A stretch of 64,000 nt of DNA from Macrostomum lignano. Lineage: Eukaryota. The position numbers and the translations under genes are program-made. Positions within the stretch are counted from its first letter, which is position 1, and every line of letters starts with the position of its first letter. Below the pieces are notes generated by a model. That model saw only the letters and a list, made by a program, of their open reading frames with translations, had not been told where the DNA came from and did no database searches. The stretch lies in NCBI GenBank assembly GCA_002269645.1, contig NIVC01000629.1, forward strand, positions 434,001 to 498,000. Reading direction: 5' to 3'. Shown here one piece after another: positions 1 to 13,949 of this stretch.

Positions 1-199
<199 letters not shown>

Positions 200-664
200 C
201 AGTTACGAATGTGAACTCCACGCGGTGTCACTAACCAGACCGGTAATTGTTATTCTGTCACTCTCTGGCCGACTGCAGCTTACGCAGTGAAGTTATTTAG
301 CACTAGCAAGAACGGGAGGAGGAACTGGTAGTGGCTCTTGTCTGCCGCATTGATTATTGAAGCTGCGCAAGCGACAGGGGCAAATGGGAGCGAGGAGAGG
401 CACTTATGGTAATCACTTCGACTCCCGAAAGCCAAATTTTCACCACCAAGTCTCAGCGCTGCATCACTTATCTATAACTTTCCTTCTCTCAGTCCGTAGT
501 AAAAATCTGGAGTAGGAAAAGTTCGAACAAGGTCAATGCTTTAATGCTCTCAGGCCTGGGGTCAGCACTGCCTCCCAGGGAGCTTACCTATAACACAATT
601 CTCTGATTATCAGGAATGATGGAATATAATTTATAATTGGTCTAAATTGTAATACATATCTATT

Positions 665-1863
665 AAATAGATTGCTAATCTGCCCAACATCACTGATGAA
701 GGAATAGAATGGATTGCTAATCTTGCTAACATCACCTTTGGTGAAGGAATAGAATGGATTGCTAATCTAGCTAACATCACCTTTGGTGAAGAAATATAAT
801 GGATTGCTAATCTAGCTAACATCACCTTTGGTGAAGAAATAGAATGGATTGCTAATCTAGCTAACATCACCTTTGGTGAAGGAATACAATGGGTTGCTAA
901 TCTTGCTAACATCACCTTTAGTGAAGGAATACAATGGGTTGCTAATCTAGCTAACATTACCTTTGGTGAAGGAATAGAATGGATTGCTAATCTAGCTAAC
1001 ATCACATTTGGTGAAGGAATAGAATGGATTGCTAATCTAGCTAACATCACATTTGGTGAAGGAATAGAATGGATTGCTAATCTAGCTAACATCACCTTTA
1101 GTGAAGGAAAAATACAATGGGTTGCTAATCTTGCGAACATCACCTTTAGTGAAGGAATACAATGGGTTGCTAATCTTGCTAACATCACCTTTAGTGAAGG
1201 AATACAATGGGTTGCTAATCTAGCCAACATCACCTTTAGTGAAGGAATACAATGGATTGCTAATCTAGCTAACATTACCTTTGGTGAAGGAATAGAATGG
1301 ATTGCTAATCTAGCTAACATCACATTTGGTGAAGGAATAGAATGGATTGCTAATCTAGCTAACATCACATTTGGTGAAGGAATACAATGGATTGCTAATC
1401 TAGCTAACATCACCTTTAGTGAAGGAATACAATGGGTTGCTAATCTAGCTAACATCACCTAATTTGGTGAAGGAATAGAATGGATTGCTAATCTAGCCAA
1501 CATCACCTTTAGTGAAGGAATACAATGGATTGCTAATCTAGCTAACATTACCTTTGGTGAAGGAATAGAATGGATTGCTAATCTAGCTAACATCACATTT
1601 GGTGAAGGAATAGAATGGATTGCTAATCTAGCTAACATCACATTTGGTGAAGGAATACAATGGATTGCTAATCTAGCTAACATCACCTTTAGTGAAGGAA
1701 TACAATGGGTTGCTAATCTAGCTAACATCACCTAATTTGGTGAAGGAATAGAATGGATTGCTAATCTAGCCAACATCACCTTTAGTGAAGGAATACAATG
1801 GATTGCTAATCTAGCTAACATCACCTTTAGTGAAGGAATAGAATGGATTGCTAATCTAGCTAA
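665..1863. repeat. 45-bp minisatellite, about 26 copies
   Basis: Unit AATAGAATGGATTGCTAATCTAGCTAACATCACCTTTGGTGAAGG; produces the 15-aa periodic ORFs 631-1458 and 1459-1731. Confidence 0.97.
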
Positions 1864-2248
1864 GTAGGAATGAAGCAAAAATTTTTATTATGAAAGCGTA
1901 ACAAACTGTCTTCAACTATCGGTTTCAATTCAACAGTATTAGCGTGGCTTGGCATTATACACTACTTTCCAAGTAGTTGTTTCAGACCGTTCCAGTAAAT
2001 TAATATCGAAAACAGAGGCGAATCGGCCCAGTGCAGCGCAAGTGAGTAAAGTGACATTTTTATTGAAAAATTTCAAGTTTCGGAAGATACCTGCTCATGG
2101 CTTACAGTAGGTTTATACTGCAGACAAGTTTGAAAACGCACCAGCGTGCAAAGAGAAGGAAAATGATGTAATAATACTTTTTATGCACAACAGAATATCA
2201 AGCATTATTGTTTGTTTAGACAGTGATTTCGAGACCAATTCTGTTTCG

Positions 2249-2547
2249 ATGGCCCAGATGAGACATTCAGAACACAGGTAAGCACACAGGTGTCTATGGC
2301 CCAGATGAGACATTCAGAACACAGGTAAGCACACAGGTGTCTATGGCCCAGATGAGACATTCAGAACACAGGTAAGCACACAGGTGTCTATGGCCCAGAT
2401 GAGACGTTCAGAACACAGGTAAGCACACAGGTGTCTATGGCTCAGATGAGACTTCAGAACACAGGTAAGCACACAGGTGTCTATGGCCCAGATGAGACTT
2501 CAGATCACAGGTAAGCACGCAGGTGTCTATGGCTCAGATGACATTCA
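2249..2547. repeat. 47-bp minisatellite, about 6 copies, abutting the TNFAIP8-like stop codon
   Basis: Unit ATGGCCCAGATGAGACATTCAGAACACAGGTAAGCACACAGGTGTCT. Confidence 0.95.
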
Positions 2548-3194
2548 GATGACGCCCCTGTCTAGCAGCTCCTGAACGCCATCGCACAGAGGTGCCATGT
2601 GAACCGCCAGGCTGGATCCCGGATCCAGCAGGGCCTCTAGGAATTTCCTGTCAGAGAAGAAGGCGGCGCAGGAGCGGACGCCGCGCAGCGACTTCTCGCT
2701 GAGGTGGCGCCGGGTGGCCCGCAGCACCAGGTCCTCGCAGCGCTGCACCCGGCCGATGGCCTCGCCGATGTCCGGCTGTCGCTCGAGTCGAAAAGTCCGA
2801 ACTGCGGCTTCGGCCAACTCGCTGAAGCAGTCGCGAAAGTCTTCCACAAAATTCTTTTCGTCCTCGTTGAGCACATTGTTGAGGTAGAGCACCCCGATCT
2901 TCATGTTGATCTTCACCACCTGCTTCATGAGCTGCTTGGCGGAGTGCCGAGAGCCGCACCACAGCTTCACGATTCTGTACAGCTCGTCCAGCAGCCTGGC
3001 CGATGTTGAGTCTAAGAAAATTTTCAAAGCAGATTTATTGGCCAAGGTGCCGATTAGTTTTTTCTGCGCTCGGACGCTGATTGAGTTGGAATTGAAATTG
3101 CCGTCATCTGGGCCGCCGCCGCCTCCGCCGCCGCCGCCGCCGCCGCCGCTCGCTCCGGCACAGGCGCCCTTGGCCTTACCGTTGGACTCGGGAT
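2545..3194 (-). CDS. TNFAIP8-like: TNFAIP8/TIPE-family protein, main coding exon
   Basis: The frame extends upstream of the listed ORF: GNFNSNSISVRAQKKLIGTLANKS...LLDELYR...RHLSEKSLRGV...FFSDRKFLEALL...LCDGVQELLDRGVI*. This parallels TNFAIP8 (FNSKNLAVQAQKKILGK, LDELYR, RHLTAKS, FSDCEFLAAL, LCDGINKML). An in-frame TGA upstream with no ATG implies an intron; acceptor CCCCCTCACATGCAG lies at 3195. Confidence 0.92.
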
Positions 3195-3343
3195 CTGCAT
3201 GTGAGGGGGCCAGTCACAGATTCCAGAATTACTATATCTACTCTTCTTCAGTAGCAAAGTTAGCGTTTTTTGCTTTTTTACAGTGAGGGGAAAGAATTAT
3301 TAATTTTTACTGATACTCGAAGGTTTTGAAGCTCATGGCTTAC

Positions 3344-3371
3344 CCCCCGAGCAGGCCCACGTTACCTGCAT
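3344..3371 (-). CDS. Candidate first coding exon of the TNFAIP8-like gene (MQVTWACSG)
   Basis: ATG at 3371, then 28 nt, then donor G|GTAAGC at 3343. The phase-1 donor matches the phase of the acceptor at 3195, giving a 149-nt intron. Confidence 0.4.
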
Positions 3372-3737
3372 GATGGATTGCAAATTATCTTGTCCAACCC
3401 CCCAGAGGAGGGAAAAATTTCATCTTAAACAATGCAATTTGAGAGATATGCACTCAAAGTGAAGGAAACTACAGAAAAAGAGTATAGCCAAAATCCGTTT
3501 GTTTACACCTCGATTTGCGATTGAGTAATGGTACAGTAATAATTGATAAGTAACTATTATAGGAATGAAAACCGACAAGAAAAACATGAATTCGATATGC
3601 AGTTGCTATCTAAACGTTTTGATCGGGTAAATCTCTTTATTAAGACTTACTAAGCATTGGGAAGGCAATGCAGCAAACTGCGCTAAAAAAAGCATTGCGG
3701 GAAACCTCGGCGGGCAATTCTTATGCACCCCATACTG

Positions 3738-3940
3738 AATGATTAATGATTATTAATGAATAATGAATAGTAAATACTGAACAATGAATGATGACTAATG
3801 AATAATGAATAATGAATATGAATTATATGAATTATATATAATTGATTATGAATTATGAATGGGAAATAATCAATAATCAATAGTCAATAATCAATAATAA
3901 ACCTTGAACAATGAATTATGAATGAGTATTCAATAATGCA
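3738..3940. repeat. AT-rich low-complexity (AATG/AAT/AATAATC) tract
   Basis: Degenerate TGAAT, AATAAT and TATGAAT repeats. Confidence 0.8.
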
Positions 3941-4507
3941 CTCGTATTGATATATTGACCTACCCAAAGTTATTTACAAAGCAAAAATGCTTAAATGGTT
4001 GCAATAGCAGATAAAATAAAGCGCTAATCATACCTGACAGTCGGGACATTGCTTCTGAGAGGAAAGTGCCGATATGAATATTAAAAAATATGACACCTGC
4101 TGGGCAATGCTGGTTGATACAATGCACTCCCAGCTCCATGATGCTGTGTATTTATTCAGCACCTCTCTGCCCCTCTGCGCTCCTCACAGCCCCGGCTCTG
4201 GGCAGCAAATGAAAAGTGCAGAGAGGGTGAAGCAGGGGCAGGCGGGCTTTCGCAATTGGAAGGCAGCCCTGAATCCTGGGCCGAAGCAGACAGGGACAGA
4301 GAGAAGGGGAAAGTGTGGAGTTCTATGCGATGACCAGAAATGAGCTCTGATGCGGAGAGGAACCGGTTTGCTGGCTTGGTCTCTCCCTGACTGGTGCCGA
4401 TCAGTGGTCTCAGGGTGCTGACGGGATTAAAGAGAGAGGGAGGGCAGGAACGGGGTGGGAGTCTACAAAGTCGGAGGTTGAGAGGTGGAGAGGGAAAGGA
4501 ATAGAAG

Positions 4508-5013
4508 GAGAGTGACAGAGTGAGAGTGACAGACGATTCTGAGAAATAGAGTATAGCAGGCAGACTGTGACAGAAGAGTGACTGCGACAGAGTGACTGTG
4601 ACAGAGTGACTGTGACATAAGAGTGACTGTGTCATAGTGACTGTGACATAAGAGTGACTGTGTCATAGTGACTGTGACATAAGAGTGACTGTGTCATAGT
4701 GACTGTGACATAAGAGTGACTGTGTCATAGTGACTGTGACATAAGAGTGACTGTTACAGAGTGACTGTGACAGGGTGACTGTGACAAAGTGACTGTGACA
4801 GAGTTACTGTGACAGAGTGACTGTGACATAAGAGTGACTGTGACAGAGTGACTGTGACAGAGTGACTGTGACAGAGTGACTGTGACAGAGCGACTGTGAC
4901 AGAGTGATTGTGACAGAAACGTTACTGTGACAAAGTGACTGTGACAGAGTGACTGTGACAGAGTGACTGTGTCATAGTGACTGTGACATAAGAGTGACTG
5001 TGACAGATTGACT
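4508..5013. repeat. GTGACTGTGACAGA-type short-unit minisatellite (about 14-16 bp)
   Basis: Repeated AGAGTGACTGTGAC with CATA/TCAT variants. Confidence 0.95.
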
Positions 5014-5355
5014 GTGAGTTTAGAGTTTAGACCTTTGAAAAACACAATTAATTGACCTATTTCAGTGAATTCAAAAAAATTGCATAGCGGCCACAATCTG
5101 GGGATGCAGAGCAAAAACTGATTCCAGCAGGTTGGAGCAGAGGCTTCGGCTGCGGGGAGAAATGCCAAATCGAATAAATTTTGCCGGGCGACCACTCATG
5201 CGGAGCCCAATTTTAAGGCTGCAAAAAATCGCCGACGAAAAAAATTGCATCGTAAAAATGGGAAGAAAATAATGGCTTATGAAATCCTTTCACCACCACT
5301 ACCCCCACTATCCCAGAATTTCTCCGCTATTTCCGATTCACTTTCAGCAGTTCAA

Positions 5356-5809
<454 letters not shown>

Positions 5810-5816
<7 letters not shown>

Positions 5817-8800
5817 TAGATAGCGAGAAAGAGCGAGCGAAGCGAGCTCTTTCGAGCTTGCTTGCCGCAGCCAATCAAGCTGAATGCACGCACACAAGAT
5901 CACCGGAAACGATTAAGGCAGCTGGAAAGCCAATGGGCGCGGTAAGCGCTTTTATCCAGAGGAACTACCTGCTGGAACCAGCCTGCCGTTCGAAAATCAG
6001 ACTACTCAAGTAGTGCAAAAGAGTGCGAGCAACTACCGAGAAATCTAATTTTCGTAACCGCTCCGGTGCAGGTCCTGGCAATAGATGGTAGATAGCGAGA
6101 AAGAGCGAGCGAAGCGAGCTCTTTCGAGCTTGCTTGCCGCAGCCAATCAAGCTGAATGCACGCACACAAGATCACCGGAAACGATTAAGGCAGCTGGAAA
6201 GCCAATGGGCGCGGTAAGCGCTTTTATCCAGAGGAACTACCTGCTGGAACCAGCCTGCCGTTCGAAAATCAGACTACTCAAGTAGTGCAAAAGAGTGCGA
6301 GCAACTACCGAGAAATCTAATTTTCGTAACCGCTCCGGTGCAGGTCCTGGCAATAGATGGTAGATAGCGAGAAAGAGCGAGCGAAGCGAGCTCTTTCGAG
6401 CTTGCTTGCCGCAGCCAATCAAGCTGAATGCACGCACACAAGATCACCGGAAACGATTAAGGCAGCTGGAAAGCCAATGGGCGCGGTAAGCGCTTTTATC
6501 CAGAGGAACTACCTGCTGGAACCAGCCTGCCGTTCGAAAATCAGACTACTCAAGTAGTGCAAAAGAGTGCGAGCAACTACCGAGAAATCTAATTTTCGTA
6601 ACCGCTCCGGTGCAGGTCCTGGCAATAGATGGTAGATAGCGAGAAAGAGCGAGCGAAGCGAGCTCTTTCGAGCTTGCTTGCCGCAGCCAATCAAGCTGAA
6701 TGCACGCACACAAGATCACCGGAAACGATTAAGGCAGCTGGAAAGCCAATGGGCGCGGTAAGCGCTTTTATCCAGAGGAACTACCTGCTGGAACCAGCCT
6801 GCCGTTCGAAAATCAGACTACTCAAGTAGTGCAAAAGAGTGCGAGCAACTACCGAGAAATCTAATTTTCGTAACCGCTCCGGTGCAGGTCCTGGCAATAG
6901 ATGGTAGATAGCGAGAAAGAGCGAGCGAAGCGAGCTCTTTCGAGCTTGCTTGCCGCAGCCAATCAAGCTGAATGCACGCACACAAGATCACCGGAAACGA
7001 TTAAGGCAGCTGGAAAGCCAATGGGCGCGGTAAGCGCTTTTATCCAGAGGAACTACCTGCTGGAACCAGCCTGCCGTTCGAAAATCAGACTACTCAAGTA
7101 GTGCAAAAGAGTGCGAGCAACTACCGAGAAATCTAATTTTCGTAACCGCTCCGGTGCAGGTCCTGGCAATAGATGGTAGATAGCGAGAAAGAGCGAGCGA
7201 AGCGAGCTCTTTCGAGCTTGCTTGCCGCAGCCAATCAAGCTGAATGCACGCACACAAGATCACCGGAAACGATTAAGGCAGCTGGAAAGCCAATGGGCGC
7301 GGTAAGCGCTTTTATCCAGAGGAACTACCTGCTGGAACCAGCCTGCCGTTCGAAAATCAGACTACTCAAGTAGTGCAAAAGAGTGCGAGCAACTACCGAG
7401 AAATCTAATTTTCGTAACCGCTCCGGTGCAGGTCCTGGCAATAGATGGTAGATAGCGAGAAAGAGCGAGCGAAGCGAGCTCTTTCGAGCTTGCTTGCCGC
7501 AGCCAATCAAGCTGAATGCACGCACACAAGATCACCGGAAACGATTAAGGCAGCTGGAAAGCCAATGGGCGCGGTAAGCGCTTTTATCCAGAGGAACTAC
7601 CTGCTGGAACCAGCCTGCCGTTCGAAAATCAGACTACTCAAGTAGTGCAAAAGAGTGCGAGCAACTACCGAGAAATCTAATTTTCGTAACCGCTCCGGTG
7701 CAGGTCCTGGCAATAGATGGTAGATAGCGAGAAAGAGCGAGCGAAGCGAGCTCTTTCGAGCTTGCTTGCCGCAGCCAATCAAGCTGAATGCACGCACACA
7801 AGATCACCGGAAACGATTAAGGCAGCTGGAAAGCCAATGGGCGCGGTAAGCGCTTTTATCCAGAGGAACTACCTGCTGGAACCAGCCTGCCGTTCGAAAA
7901 TCAGACTACTCAAGTAGTGCAAAAGAGTGCGAGCAACTACCGAGAAATCTAATTTTCGTAACCGCTCCGGTGCAGGTCCTGGCAATAGATGGTAGATAGC
8001 GAGAAAGAGCGAGCGAAGCGAGCTCTTTCGAGCTTGCTTGCCGCAGCCAATCAAGCTGAATGCACGCACACAAGATCACCGGAAACGATTAAGGCAGCTG
8101 GAAAGCCAATGGGCGCGGTAAGCGCTTTTATCCAGAGGAACTACCTGCTGGAACCAGCCTGCCGTTCGAAAATCAGACTACTCAAGTAGTGCAAAAGAGT
8201 GCGAGCAACTACCGAGAAATCTAATTTTCGTAACCGCTCCGGTGCAGGTCCTGGCAATAGATGGTAGATAGCGAGAAAGAGCGAGCGAAGCGAGCTCTTT
8301 CGAGCTTGCTTGCCGCAGCCAATCAAGCTGAATGCACGCACACAAGATCACCGGAAACGATTAAGGCAGCTGGAAAGCCAATGGGCGCGGTAAGCGCTTT
8401 TATCCAGAGGAACTACCTGCTGGAACCAGCCTGCCGTTCGAAAATCAGACTACTCAAGTAGTGCAAAAGAGTGCGAGCAACTACCGAGAAATCTAATTTT
8501 CGTAACCGCTCCGGTGCAGGTCCTGGCAATAGATGGTAGATAGCGAGAAAGAGCGAGCGAAGCGAGCTCTTTCGAGCTTGCTTGCCGCAGCCAATCAAGC
8601 TGAATGCACGCACACAAGATCACCGGAAACGATTAAGGCAGCTGGAAAGCCAATGGGCGCGGTAAGCGCTTTTATCCAGAGGAACTACCTGCTGGAACCA
8701 GCCTGCCGTTCGAAAATCAGACTACTCAAGTAGTGCAAAAGAGTGCGAGCAACTACCGAGAAATCTAATTTTCGTAACCGCTCCGGTGCAGGTCCTGGCA

Positions 8801-10037
8801 ATAGATGGTAGATAGCGAGAAAGAGCGAGCGAAGCGAGCTCTTTCGAGCTTGCTTGCCGCAGCCAATCAAGCTGAATGCACGCACACAAGATCACCGGAA
8901 ACGATTAAGGCAGCTGGAAAGCCAATGGGCGCGGTAAGCGCTTTTATCCAGAGGAACTACCTGCTGGAACCAGCCTGCCGTTCGAAAATCAGACTACTCA
9001 AGTAGTGCAAAAGAGTGCGAGCAACTACCGAGAAATCTAATTTTCGTAACCGCTCCGGTGCAGGTCCTGGCAATAGATGGTAGATAGCGAGAAAGAGCGA
9101 GCGAAGCGAGCTCTTTCGAGCTTGCTTGCCGCAGCCAATCAAGCTGAATGCACGCACACAAGATCACCGGAAACGATTAAGGCAGCTGGAAAGCCAATGG
9201 GCGCGGTAAGCGCTTTTATCCAGAGGAACTACCTGCTGGAACCAGCCTGCCGTTCGAAAATCAGACTACTCAAGTAGTGCAAAAGAGTGCGAGCAACTAC
9301 CGAGAAATCTAATTTTCGTAACCGCTCCGGTGCAGGTCCTGGCAATAGATGGTAGATAGCGAGAAAGAGCGAGCGAAGCGAGCTCTTTCGAGCTTGCTTG
9401 CCGCAGCCAATCAAGCTGAATGCACGCACACAAGATCACCGGAAACGATTAAGGCAGCTGGAAAGCCAATGGGCGCGGTAAGCGCTTTTATCCAGAGGAA
9501 CTACCTGCTGGAACCAGCCTGCCGTTCGAAAATCAGACTACTCAAGTAGTGCAAAAGAGTGCGAGCAACTACCGAGAAATCTAATTTTCGTAACCGCTCC
9601 GGTGCAGGTCCTGGCAATAGATGGTAGATAGCGAGAAAGAGCGAGCGAAGCGAGCTCTTTCGAGCTTGCTTGCCGCAGCCAATCAAGCTGAATGCACGCA
9701 CACAAGATCACCGGAAACGATTAAGGCAGCTGGAAAGCCAATGGGCGCGGTAAGCGCTTTTATCCAGAGGAACTACCTGCTGGAACCAGCCTGCCGTTCG
9801 AAAATCAGACTACTCAAGTAGTGCAAAAGAGTGCGAGCAACTACCGAGAAATCTAATTTTCGTAACCGCTCCGGTGCAGGTCCTGGCAATAGATGGTAGA
9901 TAGCGAGAAAGAGCGAGCGAAGCGAGCTCTTTCGAGCTTGCTTGCCGCAGCCAATCAAGCTGAATGCACGCACACAAGATCACCGGAAACGATTAAGGCA
10001 GCTGGAAAGCCAATGGGCGCGGTAAGCGCTTTTATCC
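5810..10037. repeat. 272-bp tandem array, 15 full copies plus about 145 bp, apparently identical
   Basis: Identical 66-aa ORFs recur every 272 bp on both strands (6085, 6357 ... 9621). I saw no unit variants by eye apart from one base at the left junction. Confidence 0.99.
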
Positions 10038-11925
<1,888 letters not shown>

Positions 11926-12400
11926 AGTGCGGAACGTGCACAGCATGCAAGAGGCGAGAGGAGAGTGAGGAAGAGAGAGGCGAGGAAGGCCGAATTTCGG
12001 GTGCCTGCCGGATTCGCAATTAAGCACTCGGCCTTTCGTTCCGGGGTAGAGCTACTCGTATTCGCTTAGCAGTGCTAAGAGATAGCGCTAACGTCTGAAG
12101 CAGAAAAGAGAAAACTTAGGAGATCGGAATTGAATCAATCGGACGCTCAAGGCCTGGGCGGGGTCCGCCTTCGCTGCCCTGGCATCGAGTGGGCGGTGCG
12201 ACGGCAGTGGCAGGGGGACGAAACGGAGACGATGGCAAACAGAGCCGAAATCAAAAGAGAGGCTAAATGACAAAACAAAAAATTGAAGCTCTGCTATCCG
12301 GCAAGCCCTAGGAGTAATATTCTAGCTCGTACGAGTATGCCTGCATTGGATTTGGAAACTGGGAGGGGTAAACGTCCTTCCAAATTGGTCTAGAGATGAC

Positions 12401-13020
12401 AGGTAGAGGGAGGGAATGGCTTATCAAAGCAGGTAGAGAGGGGGGGACTGGCTTATCAAAGCAGGTAGAGAGGGAGGGACTGGCTTATCAAAGCAGGTAG
12501 AGAGGGGGGACTGGCTTGTCAAGCAGGTAGAGAGAGAGACTGGCTTATCAAAGACAGGTAGAGAGGGACTGGCTTATCAAAGACAGGTAGAGAGGGGGAC
12601 TGGCTTATCAAAGCAGGTAGAGAGGGGGGAATGGCTTATCAAAGCAAGTAGAGAGGGGGGACTGGCTTATCAAAGCAGGTAGAGAGGGACTGGCTTATCA
12701 AAGCAGGTAGAGAGGGGGGCACTGGCTTATCAAAGCAGGTAGAGAGGGACTGGCTTATCAAAGCAGGTAGAGAGGGGGGACTGGCTTATCAAAGCAGGTA
12801 GAGAGAGAGAGAGAGAGAGACTGGCTTATCAAAGACAGGTAGAGAGGGGGACTGGCTTATCAAAGACAGGTAGAGAGGGGGACTGGCTTATCAAAGCAGG
12901 TAGAGAGGGGGACTGGCTTATCAAAGCAGGTAGAGAGGGGGGCAATGGCTTATCAAAGCAGGTAGAGAGGGGGACTGGCTTATCAAAGCAGGTAGGGAGG
13001 GGGGGGACTGGCTTATCAAA
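12401..13020. repeat. About 29-31-bp minisatellite GACTGGCTTATCAAAGCAGGTAGAGAG(G)n
   Basis: About 20 copies; length varies in the G/AG run. Confidence 0.96.
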
Positions 13021-13949
13021 TACAGGGGCTCTATCTCCAGGGTCCAAAGCAGTACACTTTGGCTAAAAAAATTATTTCAACCTGCAGCCATTCCCTTTTC
13101 TGCCCAATGACCCAGTGAGTGCGGTACTCACCTGCCATTTCTCATTAGTCTTGTACGTCTGTATGACCGCCTTACATGGGTTGCTACTATGGAAGCCCTA
13201 ATACCTCTCGCCAGTCCTCATCTGCTCATATATCATTGATTCTCAAACTCGGACACTCAAAGAAACTGAGCTGCCCGTGTGTCCGAATCGATATTCGAGA
13301 CCCAAATGAGGCCAGTATGGGTGGGCGGTAGCATTTGGCTAAGGCTGGGCGTGACCACGGGGTTTCCTTCCCTATTACTCATCCCCATCCGCCCAGTGGT
13401 ATTATGCACACCGCAGGGCCGCCTCGCTGTGAGATTTCGTCTCTTTGTACATCGCGTGTTTCTACTTCTCTACACGGATGGGAACAAAGAAATTTTGCAG
13501 CATAGATCAAAGAAAGAGAGAGTGGAGAAGCAAATCAAAAAGGCTAAAGTAGTTAATAAAATGTGAGAAAATTAAAAGACTTTTCGTAAAATTCTATTCA
13601 ATACTCGCGCCTGCTTTCATTAACCTTTAACTTCAAAGCTTGCGAACTAACCGCCGCCAAGTCTGCTTAACTTGCGGTTGCTTTCTGTAATTGGTTTAAT
13701 TAGTTAAGACCTCCACCGCCATCTTCTTGACGCCGGTAATAATGCCGATGTCGCCAGTCCAGGTTTTATTGCAGATGAAACAAAAAGGCATAGCATAGTA
13801 CAAATTGAGATTATACGCGTGTACGAGCTAGTTCAAAAGGCCTTGACAATCGTACTGGCAGTAGTGTATAACGCATTTTTTGTGCATTTTTTTGCTTGTA
13901 ATAGACCAAGCAACTCAAGTCAGAGGCCAATCACTCTTCAGAGACCAAA

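Noticed and set aside
631-1731. ORFs of 275 and 90 aa (MLARLAIHSIPSPKV)n
   Set aside because: Translation of the 45-bp minisatellite; no non-repetitive coding context.
2637-3286. Overlapping alternative-frame and antisense ORFs at the TNFAIP8-like gene
   Set aside because: Shadow ORFs of GC-rich coding sequence.
5965-9973. 66-aa ORFs repeated on both strands, and a possible CRISPR reading
   Set aside because: The peptides resemble no family I know, and the minus one starts at a non-ATG codon. The units are identical with no unique spacers and no cas genes, so this is not CRISPR.
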